Part shown: piece after piece, positions 37,320 through 48,856 of the stretch
How the letters are laid out: each line of letters starts with the position of its first letter
Position numbering within the stretch: the stretch's first letter is position 1
Source: Eledone cirrhosa
Taxonomy: Eukaryota
Direction: 5' to 3'
DNA length: 64,000 nt
Assembly: GCA_964016885.1 (NCBI GenBank)
Contig: OZ024742.1
Coordinates: forward strand, 105,152,001-105,216,000
Made by a program: the position numbers and the translations under genes
The notes under the pieces: generated by a model
Databases searched by the model: none
The model's input: the letters and a program-made list of their open reading frames with translations, nothing else
Told to the model about the DNA's origin: nothing

Positions 37320-40300
37320 AAGGGCAGGATTAAACATTTAGAGGCACTAAGCACTAAAAAATTTTGGTGCCCCCATACATTTGTAGATCAAAACATAAAC
37401 AATAATATATGGTAAATTAAAGTTTTATTTATTGAAATTTCAAAATAAAGCAAAACATACAGAAAGAGAGAAAATAATTTTATTTATTGAATAATTTTTT
37501 CCTGCTTTTTTTTCTTGCAAAGTCTTTGATCAGATCTTCGTAACCAATCTTGCGTAACACATCTGCTTCTATACACAATAGGGATAAAGCATCCAGTCTG
37601 TATTGTTGTATGGTTGTTCTGAGGGGATTTTTAATATATTTCAACCGCTGAGCAGTTAGTAACCATTAATGTTAAAAATATACGAAAGGCTATGTCTACA
37701 TTTGGAAAGGCACACTCAATATTGTCTTTTACAATAATTTTATAAAGTTCAGCATGATTAAATCTTGTTTTTACATTTTCTGTTCTACTCATCTTATTTC
37801 GCACATATAAATGAAATTGCTGAAGCTCAGTTGAGAAATTACTATTGAAGTCCTCTGGATAAGCATCGATCAACTTTTGACAGTACTGAGAATACCTTTC
37901 AATATTAGTAGCTGATGGAATGCCTATATTTGGCACATCACTAAGAAAAGAAAATTCCTCTGCCATTTCTTTGTATATCTCTCCTCTTCTTTCCATCTCA
38001 GCTGCAAGTTTGTCAACAATTGTGTAAAATGTGGTGATACGAAACTTATCTCTGGCATCTAAATAAACTTCTACTGTATCTCCGTCATTGGGTACTTTTT
38101 TTCTAATACGTTTGCGAGTTGCAGTTGTCCTGTAATCAACATCTGGAAGAATTTCTTTGGCTTCTTTTTCATATGTTTCAAATTCATCTCGTGAGGTGTT
38201 CAGTTGGTCAGCTAATGATACATAGAGATCTGCACATGTCTTTAAGTTCGCATCCTCATTTTGTAGAACTTTGCTTACTCTGTGAAAATTCTGCAAAATC
38301 TCATTCCAAAAAATCAACATAAAAACGAATTCTAGCTCTTGCATCTTATCAACAATATTATTTGCCTCTCTTCTAGCGTCTCCCTTTTGTGATTGATCTT
38401 CGGCTATATATTCTAATGCTTCGGAAATCTCAGGGAACGATTTCAAGATTGCTGCTGTTGCCATAGCATGTGGTCCCCATCTTGTATCAGAGAGGGATTT
38501 CAAGACACATTCATTCTTAATACAATCTTTGAGAATTTTCCAACTGTTAGTGGAAGCGGAAAAAAATTATTGAGTAACAGTACTGTAGAGAAAAAAATTA
38601 ATAGCCTCTTGACAGCAGTCAACAGCACTCCGGCCAACAAGATTTAATGAATGAGCTGCACAGGGCACATATATAGTAAACTTGTTTGTTTCTAAAATGT
38701 TTTGCTGCATCCCCTTATAACGCCCAGACGTGTTAGCAGCATTGTCATAAGTCTGACCCCTACATTTTGAAACATTTAACCCACAAGCTTCACGTAAATG
38801 CAGCAGCACCTGATTCGCCATATTCTCGCCAGTGTGGTTTTCTATTATGATGAAGGTTAAAAATCGTTCAATAGGCTGTCCATCTTGTAAATACCTAAGT
38901 ACAACACTCAATTGATCGCTATGTGATAAATCTGGTGTTGAATCAACGGACAAACTAAAATAACCAGAAGATTTAACTTCGTTAATAATGAACTCACGGA
39001 CCTTTTGTGCCATTAGTTGAATAATTTCCTCGATAGTGGTCTTTGAAATGTAAGAAGGATTTCCTTTTCCAGAATTTCCATATTTAGAAATGAGGCCTGC
39101 TAAAAATGGATCAAACTGGCTTATGAGTTCAAGCAGCCCTAAAAAATTCCCGTTTTGCAACGATCCAAACTTCTCTTCACTTCCTCGAAAAGGCAAGCCA
39201 CGTTCAGCTAACGTACAAATAACAGCTACGACACGCCTCAAGATGTGTTCCCAGTAATTGCACTCTTCATGAATTTGTTTCTCCAAATCTGACTTTAACC
39301 CCGCACCTTGCCTGCGAGTTAAATATGCCAGCAAAGAGTCTCGGTGAATAATGCTTTTCTCATGCTTTTCAATTACAATAGTATTGCGCCAATCACTGAA
39401 CCCTTCTCTTGAAACAAAAATTGAATTTTTTCACGAGCAAACAGTTTACAAACAAAACAATAAACTGATCCTCTTGATGGTGAATAGAGTAACCACTCTA
39501 TCTTGTATTTTTTACCATCGGCTTTTGTCCCAATAAAAAGTTTCTGGTTTGCCACTACTAAAATGACGGCAAGACTTTTCAAATGGCCCGTTGTGGTGTT
39601 GACAAATACTGGGTTCACAAGTAATCCAATAAGATATATCATTAGCAGAGAAATCAAGCCACATTCCTGGATCGTTCGCTAAATTGTAATTTTCTTCATT
39701 TTTTACAGACAAATTAATTTCACCGCCATTGTCACAGTGCTCTAAACTTCTATTTTCAGCAATTATTTGAGCCCTATCATCATTTGCAGTAGAGGTATCC
39801 GAATAAAGAGAATTCACAGGCAAAGTAAGATCAGTTGTGAGACATGTGCTGGATGAACATGCTTGCGACATCTCGGTACTTCTAATGTCATCATATTTTG
39901 ATTCTGAAGTAATCAAAGTTGTATTTGCCGTATTCATGTCTACTTCTGATAACGTATATCGGTTTTGACCTGGAATCTGTGAATCATGTTGTGGAACTTG
40001 TGAGAAAAAATTAGTCAGCTTTGCTGTCTTGCGATCTAATTCCGAAGCTTTTTCTTGTTTCTTGTTTGAAAGTTTTCGTTTTTGTGCCCCACTTAACTGA
40101 ATGCGTTTCATCTTGGTTTTTGGGATCTGTTAATTAGATTTGAATGGTTAAATTTTGGGAGGATCTGTTAATTAGATGTGATGGTTAGATTTGAAAAAGG
40201 ATGGTGTGAATCAGCAAATACAGTTATAAAATTAAAGCCTGAGTTTGTTCAGATTTTTTTTTTTTTTTTTTTAATAAAAACGTTATACTATATAGCAGAT

Positions 40301-40796
40301 AATCTAAAACACAAATGACAATTATTTTTGATATAGAGTCTACAATATTAAAAGGTTCAAGTTAAAAAAAAAAATTTGTAAAAAAACTAAAAAACCCTAA
40401 TGAACAGAATTGTTAATAAAAAGAAGCAGAAAATAAACCTTGGTTAGTTGGGATTGGGAGTATAAAAACACTTTCAGCTGTTGGCTATATTCATTAACCT
40501 TAAAGAACATTTCAACAAGCATGTAGCCATTTTAAAATTGAACCAGAATACATTGGAGTTTCAGAAAAATTTCTAAAGATAAACGTCTGAAAAACTGAGA
40601 TTTAACAAATAAACTGAAATGAACAACTATGTTTATACCGAATTTATTCATTTCTTATTTCATTTTGAAAATTGCTATAAAATTAATTAGTTTAATAAAC
40701 TGTAAATTCATCATATTAAAAAATTTTGAGGTGCCCCTTCTTCCTTTGATGCCCTAAGCACGTGCTTACTTTCCTTATATTGTTAATCCACCACTG
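37320..40796 (-). mobile_element. Full-length hAT transposon (Tip100/Zaphod-type, ZMYM1-like transposase)
   Basis: TIRs CAGTGGTGGATTAA / AAGGGCAGGATTAA; 8-bp TSD agtattta/agtatttc; subterminal gcactaagcac/ggtgcccc motifs. Confidence 0.93.
37495..40111 (-). pseudogene. hAT transposase, frameshifted into ORFs 39512-40111, 39373-39657, 38567-39334 and 37631-38503
   Basis: TTF-type Zn finger WLLYSPSRGSVYCFVCKLF, LAERGLPFRG..GNFLGLLELI, FSLSVDSTPD, GQTYDNAA, PCAAHSLNL, SDTRW, FPNVDIAFRIFLTLMVTNCSA. Confidence 0.93.
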
Positions 40797-41062
40797 AGTA
40801 TTTCATAGATTCTAAAACTTTGAAATTATTTGTTAGTTGCTGTTTAATTTGTTGCACAAGCTCGATGACAAATTAAATGCAACTTTCGTGTGTAAATGCA
40901 TTTTCCGCTTGTTGAGGAAAGTTACAGTAGGTGAGTTCATTCTCAGATTTAAAATCTTAGGTTTCTTTCTCGTTTTTCTTTTCTTCTTTTTTTTTATATA
41001 GATATTTTTGTAAATATTTATTGTTACATCTGTCTTGGGGATGGGTTTAATTGTTTTAAATA

Positions 41063-41242
41063 CAGGTAAAATTCCGTTATTATGAATACCATTATAACGT
41101 ATTTTTCAGTATAACGAAATTTTTTTTCAATCGATGAAATTTTTTTTCAATCGATGTGTCAGGCCGATCTCGTTATAAAGAATTTTTCGTTACAACGAAT
41201 TTTTTTATACCCCGTGAATTTCGTTATAACGGAATTTCACTG
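41063..41242. mobile_element. Pogo/Tigger-type MITE
   Basis: TIRs CAGGTAAAATTCCGTTATTATGAA / CAGTGAAATTCCGTTATAACGAA, TA TSD, internal cgttataac repeats. Confidence 0.85.
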
Positions 41243-41689
41243 TATTTAATTTTAAGTGTAGTTAGATGATAGGCTTGGTTAGAATTTTGAAGGTGAAATT
41301 TATTTTTCCGGTCATTTTATTTTGTTTTTGAACGAATATGGCCTTCAAAGCCGTTGTAAATTAATAGTTTTCTGTATTATCGATTGTATTATATAAATTG
41401 CGTTTATAACAAACGAAATACCAATATACCATACTATAAGGAAGATAATGAATTCACAGTTTTATGAAAAAAATGAACTCAGGGAACCTATAAGATATTG
41501 CAGATCACTCAATAATCCGTAAACTTTCAGTAAATTATGTAATAAGTGTTTGGGGGGTGAGGAAATCGATTATATCGACTTCAGTACTTAACTGATATTT
41601 TATAACCGCAACCAACCATTTTGTTTCTCCAGCCTCGTCTTTCTCCGAACATTTCTCCAATGACCACGTTGCTCCAATGACCACGTTGC

Positions 41690-42115
41690 TCCAATGACCA
41701 TGACTAAGGGTAGGCATGAACACTGAATTGAAGATAGCGAATTTGGTTTTTACATCTGCCTTTCTGCTTCTGAGGACCGGATGTTAAAGCTGGCGCATTA
41801 CTCTAACAGCTCCTGCTATTCTTGCATTTAATTCAGCATCCCGCCTTCCATCACATGAGAGAATGGCCCCGAGATACTTGAATTCTTCCACCTGCTTCAG
41901 TTGAACTGCACTCACATACAGAGTACACTGGAAGCAGTATCATGGACCGGCAGGTGTAAGATCAGTCGGCTGGAATTTGCAGACGACATAGTATTACTTA
42001 ACTCGTCGGAATGTGATCTCCAATATGCACTGGATAGGTTTGCTGTTGAGTGCTGCACAACTGGAATAAAAATTAGTATTGCGAAGAATAAATCACTCGT
42101 CCACCCAAGAAAGTC
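41690..42115. mobile_element. RTE RT fragment with internal inversion
   Basis: Plus 41935-42110 ISRLEFADDIVLL..KISIAKNKSL; minus 41930-41700 QCTLYVSAVQLKQVEEFKYLG..FMPTLSHG. Confidence 0.85.
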
Positions 42116-42189
42116 TCTGTCAATCCACCGCCCTTCTACGAGTAAATAATTTTCTAACGTTGTATTATATCAATCCTTGTTCTTTTCTC

Positions 42190-42755
42190 GTCAGAGCTGT
42201 TCTGCTAGAGAACGGTTCGCAGGTGGCGGATAACAATACGGCCACCAGATTTGATGGTTAGTAGCGATATAAGCGGCCACCTGCCGGAAGAATAAACAAC
42301 CCCGGACCATGAGCAGTAAACTACTAAGGGAGATTGAGTAATGGGTGACACCTGTAGCTCCCACGACAACTCTCACAACCCATTGAGGTAGCTACGATGA
42401 GGCGAATAAAAGCCGCCTCTAAAAAAAGCCCAGTCTTCGCGGGTTTGATAAAGTACCAGATCGGTGACTGGCGCGAATAAGACAACTGAAACTGCAATAT
42501 GATGGAGAAACCCAAAACTAACTATACCACATCGTCCTTCGCGGAGGTTAAGAAGGAACGCGTTCATGCCTTAAGTAGAGGGGCATGTTCGAAGAATATA
42601 TTGAAATCTCCATTTCATGCTGAAAAAGTTAGCGATAGTTCTGCGACCTGTCCTGAAAGGCGTGGTATGGACGCACAAAGTTCGCGTATCCTGAGGAGAC
42701 CACAAAGAGGATCTAGAAGGGAGCAAACCTTAACAGTTGTAACCTGGAACACCAC
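42190..42755 (+). mobile_element. Probable LINE (RTE-like) 5' UTR and ORF start
   Basis: GC- and CpG-rich island. ORF 42499 runs into QTLTVVTWN, resembling the first AP-endonuclease motif, and is then truncated. Confidence 0.5.
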
Positions 42756-43568
42756 AAAGAAGAACGTTGTCACAGTGCCAGTAATTTTGAGGAAGGGGAA
42801 AGTCGATTATATTAATCCTAGTACTTGACGTTTTGTTTTTTGTTTTTTTTATTTACTTCGAAAGAGTGAAAGACAAAGTTAATCTCAGTAGGATTTGAAC
42901 TCAGAACGTAAAGAACTGTAACCAAATTCTTCGAATCATTTTCTCCGCCCTTCTTGAAATGTAATAAAAAAGAATGTAAAAATCTTTAAAATCTTTTTTA
43001 AAAGATTTAAAACATTTTTACATTCTTTGTTGAACCATGAAGTGTCCGTCGACCTCAACCAGCGATATTGGGTTCATTTTTTCTGCTTGCAAATCTTCTT
43101 CATTTTGAATATTTCTTAGTGTAAAATTAAGCCGAGTTTCGGATAATTTTACCCCCCTGTTCTTGTAATATGTTTTTTCTTGTTTTTATGTTGTTGCTAC
43201 TTTATATGTATGTTTGTTGTTTTTTTGTTTTTTGTTTTTTTTTTGTGTTGTTTTTTTTTTTTTTGGGGGGGGGGGGGGTACGAAAATATCGTCTGGTTTG
43301 AAGCATACGAAATTGCGATTCTGCAAAAGAAAGAAAAAATTCAATTTTCCAATCCTATTCCCGTCCCATTCAAACAATTTTAAGCTCAACCCTAATTGAA
43401 ACTTTGGGATTTTTATTGTTATTATTTCATTTAAAACGTATATTATAATGAATAGTCGGCAAATTGCCAGAGTCGTTAAAACATTGGATAGAATGCTTTG
43501 CGGTATTTATTCAAAACCCACCGAGGTCAACTTTACCAGTCATCCTTTCAAAGTCGATAAAAAGTACG

Positions 43569-43648
<80 letters not shown>

Positions 43649-44446
43649 CTCTGGAAGAAATCATTTGTGTTCAGATGTGGAAAGGGGATGGGCTCCGCCA
43701 GGTTTAAAATGCCCAAGTTACGCACTCTCGACTCCTTCAGGATTTAAGGGCCCATACGCACATTATAGAAAAAATCCCAACCAAAAGTATTTATTAATTA
43801 TTTAAAGTTTAATTATATGGTTGATGATTTTATTGGCTTTCGTAAAACCTAATTATCGATCATTAATGCTGTTTCCTACAAACGCTTTGTTTTACAACCT
43901 TTGTTCCATCCCAGAAAACTTATTTTTAGAGGAAAACTTTTTTTTTTTAATCTGCAAGCTCCTCTATACCGTTTTAGAATATTTGAGGTTACAGAAATCC
44001 CAACATGAACAAAACATACATTCTATTTTCACTATTTCAACATATATATAGTTCTGCGACAATGGTTTAAACTGTTGTTCACTTTTATTAGACTGGTAAA
44101 GAACAAAACTATCATAAATCTAGGCCAAAAACCTCATGGAATGACCTATTTCATTGATTTCGTTTATAACATCATCTAAAACAAATTGTAATCGATGGCT
44201 TAAATGATGCCAAATTATAACGTCTGGAAATTTTAGAATTAATCTTGTTGCAACTCTAGATTTTCTTCTGAGCATGCTATTAAACGCTGTCAGAAGAAAA
44301 TCCGATCAAACTTTTCTTTGAACATTCTATCAAACCCGGCCCCATTAACGATCGCCGTAACACGTTATAAATATTTTTCTGTTGGTGTTGGTTCTAATGG
44401 TTTTTGTGAGGATTCGACACCTGATGAAGTCGTAGAGTTACTTTAG

Positions 44447-44751
44447 CAGAGGCGTAATTAGGTAATGGCAAGCATGGGCACCACATGAAGTGGGGTGCCA
44501 CTTTGACTAGGAGTCTATTTGTCTATGTGGTCAAAACTAATGTTGGCCACTTCATAGACAAATTTGTATCAGTAAAAGCAAGGGAGATGCAGATGTAATT
44601 TTCATGTATTGTTTTTAATTAAAACATTAACGAGTGAGATTGATATTTTTGGGCTTATTTTATGGTTATATTTATGGTTATGTCAGATGTTTGGACAGGG
44701 GTGCAATTTCACTGCTTGCCATGGGTGCTATTTTCCCTAGTTTCACCTCTG
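44447..44751. mobile_element. hAT-type MITE inserted in a SINE tail
   Basis: TIRs CAGAGGCGTAATTAGG / CAGAGGTGAAACTAGG; 8-bp flanks tactttag/cactatag (6/8 match). Confidence 0.7.
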
Positions 44752-44879
44752 CACTATAGTGACATACGGCGTTTCTTCGTCATTCAAAATCCTGGCGAAG
44801 CCCATCTCTCTCCAGGTCAGAACACAGTCGTTTTTTCCAGAGAAGTAGAGCGGGGTGGGTGAGGAAGGGTTGGCAAAAA

Positions 44880-45957
44880 TCTCTGGCAATAGGTGTGAGA
44901 GATGATCTTTTAAACTGGTTGAAGTCCTTCATTATCAGTCGAAAAGAGGTAGTCACGGTTCTAGGACAGCATTATTCACCTTATGAGATGCCATCTGGTG
45001 TACCGCAGGGATCCGTTCTTGGTCCCCTTTTGTTTGTTGCATATATTAATTACATAGATGCCAACTTAAAGAATGCCACAGTGCTGAAATATGCAGATGA
45101 CATCAAGCTGTATCTTGAGATAAAAAAAACAGATTCTGAACACAATAGATCTTTCCTGCAATCAGACCTGGGCACAATGCAGCAATGGATCACGGACTGG
45201 CAACTCAAACATTTTGGGATGAAAAACCCAGCATCCACATACTCCCTTCACAACACTAATATCAAGAAGTCTTCTTGTGAATGTGACCTGGGCATTACTG
45301 TCAGTAGCGATTTGCGTTGGACAAAGCACATTTCTAAAATTCTCAAGAAGGCCGAGCGTGTCTTTGTCAGCCACTCTCCAGCTATCTATTTAAAGTTATA
45401 TATAGCTATGGTGCGGCCACACTTAGAATTTGCTTCACCTGTCTGGAACCCCTATCTTGCTCAGAATATTGACCTCCTGGAAACTGTTCAGAGACGTGCA
45501 ACCAAGCGAATACCCTCCATCAGGCATCTACCATACTCTGAACGCCTTGCTTCCCTGAACATGGATACATTGAAGCTCCGACGTCTGGCAACTGACTTGG
45601 TAAACACCCACAAAATTATTAACCATCTTGCCAACATCAACCCTGAGCATCTTTTTGTCTAACATCCGTGGGCATGCCTACAAAGTCAGAAAATAGCATA
45701 GCTCCCATGACTTTCGGAAACATTTTTCACACTCAGAGTTGCTGAAGCATGGAACAAACTACCTGCATCCTTTAAAACCGTCATACTTCCTGAAATTCGC
45801 CAACACTACACCTGATATTCCCCCTCCATACACAAGCACACATGTATATCATGACTCGTACACAGTTCACTTTCCTAACATTTGTACATTATTCATGCAT
45901 GATGAGTTGTAGTGCACCCGAGCACTGTACACAATAATTTCATTATTATCATTATTA
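44880..45957 (+). mobile_element. 5'-truncated CR1-type LINE (RT C-terminal half)
   Basis: SGVPQGSVLGPLLF, KYADDIKLY, DLGITVSSDLRW, VRPHLEFASPVWNP, LETVQRRATK; (ATT)n tail. Confidence 0.95.
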
Positions 45958-46935
45958 AGAATCGATCTCCAGTACTTGGCTGGTACTTTGAGCCGGAACG
46001 AATTCCATAAAACATTCTAAGCGACGTTCTAACGACTCTGCCAATTTGCCGCCTACTTCTAATGCTATGAAATCCCAAAACATTGTTCAAGAACGATCAT
46101 CTAATTCACATTTTAGAAAAATAAATTTATTGGGAATTAATGAAGCTTCACCAACAATAATATCTACACATTGTCTGTGTTGATACTATTGTTGTTGAAA
46201 TTTTTATTCTTGTTAAATTGATGTTTTGCATCGCTTGTTACATAAAATGGGGAATGGAAACAGTTGCCTAAATTTATACCATTCTTAACTTGGAGCTTTA
46301 CTTCGTCTTCCATGTACATCAGTGATCGGTTTCAATTTATTAAGCTGTTAACGTAAGGTTGTATACATTCCTGATGGAGTTGTAGAGACACGGCAATGAT
46401 ACACGGCGTGTCTTGGGCAGTTTTTTTTTAACGTGGCGGAGCCCACTCCTCTTCAGCAGATTTCTTCCAGAGAAGGAGACAGAGAGAGGGGAAGAGAAAG
46501 AAAATGAGAAAGAGATACAGAGTAAGAATCAACCCTAGTATTGGACTGGTACACTTTTATATCTACCTCGCCACGATGAAAGGCAAAGTTGACCTCGGCG
46601 GTATTTGAACTCAGAGAGCAGAGAGTCGACATAAATACACATATCATTTTAGCCATCGATTAAATTTTGTTTTAGACGATGTTATAAATGAAATCAAGGA
46701 AATAGGTCATTTCATGAGGATTTTGGCCTAGATTTATGATAATTTTGTTCTGAGTACAATCAGTGATAGAAATAGAGAAACATTAACTGAATGAACACTC
46801 AATACATATTTATTTATTTATTGTTCTAATATTACAGGTTCTAGAGAAAAGCTGTTTCGGCTGAGTAGCTTCTAAAATACAAATAAAACTAAGAATAATA
46901 CACAACCCTCCACTATCGCTACCATAATGATATTA

Positions 46936-47798
46936 CGAGGTGTGTAAGAAAAGTAACAGGATTCAGTGTGCCATGTGAGCTATGAGTGGAGTAAGGCTTA
47001 GCGGGTCGCGTCGCCGTGTGACGTAATTTCCAGGGAGTATATAACTGCGATCTCAGCTCTCTGCCTCCATTTCATGTTTTTTCACGTGTTTTTTTTTATT
47101 TTTGCTAACAGCTCCTCAATTTTAGGCCGTCAAGCAATGAGCACAGAGCAACGAACCAGCCTGAGGTTTCTGGTCCAGCTAGGGAAAAAATCCGTCAGAA
47201 ACACTCGGAATACAAGTGTACAGAGATGTGACGGTATCACGCTCACGATTTTTTTTGGTAGTGCAAACGGTGAAAGATGACTCCAGGAGCGGAAGGCCTT
47301 CAACGAATAAGACTGAGGCCAACGTTGAGCGTGTGAGGCAGGTGGTGCGTGGCGATCGTTGGCTGACTATTCGACAGATCTCACAAGTGAGCTGGGCATG
47401 AACTGCGACAGCGTTTGAAAGATTATTACCGAAGATTTGAGCATGCGGAAGATCTGTGCGAAGATGGTGCTGAAAGTGCTGAACAATGACCAGAAGCAAT
47501 ATTACATGCAGGTGTGCCAGGCCATCCTCTAAACTTGCTGGGGAGAATCATCACTGATGGTGAGTCATGGATCTTCACGTACGACCCGTTTTCCGGATGT
47601 GGAAGCCATCAAGAGGACTGTGACGACAGAGCTGCGGAGAATCGATGGAGAATCTTTCCAGGAGTGCACGGAGGCATGACAGTGAAGGATGGGAAAGTGT
47701 GTGAGACTCGAGTGGGATTATTTTGAAGGCGAAAACTTGTAGTTTGGATTTGAAATACTTTTTGCGACCCCAGTCGTTTTCTATTCTGACACACCTCA
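46936..47798 (+). mobile_element. Internally deleted mariner (irritans-like)
   Basis: TIRs CGAGGTGTGTAAGAAAAG / TGAGGTGTGTCAGAATAG with TA. EQRTSLRFLVQLGK, DDSRSGRPST, RKICAKMVLK, IITDGESWIFTYDP. Confidence 0.9.
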
Positions 47799-47989
47799 TA
47801 TATGTTCCCTGGACGTCGTGGGAGAATGCTTTCCGATGCGCAGAACCCCAGGCGCATGCCACCTCATAGTTTCAGCGAACAGAATAGAAAAAGCATTACC
47901 CTGGAGGATAGCTGTTACCTACATTAACATTCTTATTTATTAACTTAATATCTATTTCATTAATTTCATCAAAAACCATAATAAGAGTT

Positions 47990-48455
47990 TCTTTAAGTGC
48001 CGGACAAATGCTTAACAGTATTTGATCCGGTTCTTTACGTTCTGAGTTAATATCCCGCCGAGGTGAACTTCGCTTTTAATCCGTCTGAGGTTGATAAAAT
48101 AAAGTACCAGCTAAGTAAAGAGGTTGATTCACCTCTAAAATTGCTGACCTTGTGCTAATGGTAGAAAAAATATTATTCAATTAGTATATTTACAACCATC
48201 GTTATACTTTTGGATAGTCACGCACCACGCTGAGGTTAGCTTTGCCTTTCATCCTTACGGGATCGATAAATAAAACACCAGTAATGCACTGAGGTAATTG
48301 CTGGCCTTGTGCCAAAAATAGAAATATTATTAGTAAAGTAATTAAGTTTTAATCCCGCCAAAGTTAGCTTTGCCTTTCATCCTAACTGGTTCGATAAAAT
48401 AAAGGGATCGATTTACTCGATTTTCCCCTTCCCCGAATTGTGGGCCTTGTGTCTA
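47990..48455 (+). mobile_element. Tandem cluster of 3 tRNA-SINE copies
   Basis: Three cores ..ctttgcctttcatcc..gataaaataaag.. with ggccttgtg tails. Confidence 0.8.
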
Positions 48456-48467
48456 AATCATAAACCA

Positions 48468-48713
48468 TTTATTAGTTAAGTAACTAATCCACTCCTCGGT
48501 TAATTTAATAACCAGGTGGTTATTTATCAAACCTCTTTCGTCACACATTCTGTGAGATGAAGTAAATAAAATAAAATCAAAGAGGAAACATACTAGAGGA
48601 GCAAGAATTATCATTGAGAAGGTCACAGAATATGTGACGAAAGAGCTTTGACAATTAAATAACAATCCGGTTACTAAACTAACAGAGGAATGGATTAGTT
48701 ACCTAACTAATAA
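48468..48713. repeat. Foldback with ~88-bp inverted arms; related solo arm at 13620-13700
   Basis: ttattagttaagtaactaatccactcctc..ctctttcgtcacacattctgtga pairs with tcacagaatatgtgacgaaagagc..gaggaatggattagttacctaactaataa. Confidence 0.85.
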
Positions 48714-48856
48714 TAATTTCTTTAATTACACCAAAATTAAATTCAACTAACAAGTACGTGTGTTATTACTGCATGTCTCTTCTAAAATATAACAATATCT
48801 ATTCCAACACACGATTTCACATCAAGAATCTTGAAAAGTAAATACAAAAACTATAG

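Larger units (their letters stand above)
36600..41450 (-). pseudogene. Old hAT-like transposase relic, split by the younger hAT (37320-40796) and a MITE
   Basis: Minus-strand peptides CYKRNLYNTIDNTENY (~41400), FVIELVQQIKQQLTNNFKVLESMKY|FDTSKCLKP (across the insertion) and dimerisation-like FKELSNLTLKLFILPHLNTGIERYFCFMNIV..LKYGIK..CCFNY (36650-36830). Confidence 0.7.
43800..46330 (-). pseudogene. KIAA1586-like hAT transposase relic (pieces 43800-44400 and 46080-46330), interrupted
   Basis: MEDEVKLQVKNGINLGNCFHS, IIVGEAS, LIGFSSDS..MLRRKSRVATRL..FPDVIIWHHLSHRLQFVLDDVINE. Confidence 0.75.

Noticed and set aside
37495-40111. Domesticated ZMYM1-like host gene
   Set aside because: Multiple frameshifts plus intact TIRs and TSD show it is a decaying transposon.
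42340-42420. HDV-like or twister ribozyme assignment
   Set aside because: Crossing stems exist, but the P3/L3 and catalytic C (HDV) and the GCCGGUCCCAAGCCCGG-type core (twister) are absent.
44420-44780. CTGATGA followed by a stem in the type-B SINE tail as a hammerhead
   Set aside because: After removing the MITE the stem is followed by TTTC rather than GAAA, so the core cannot form.
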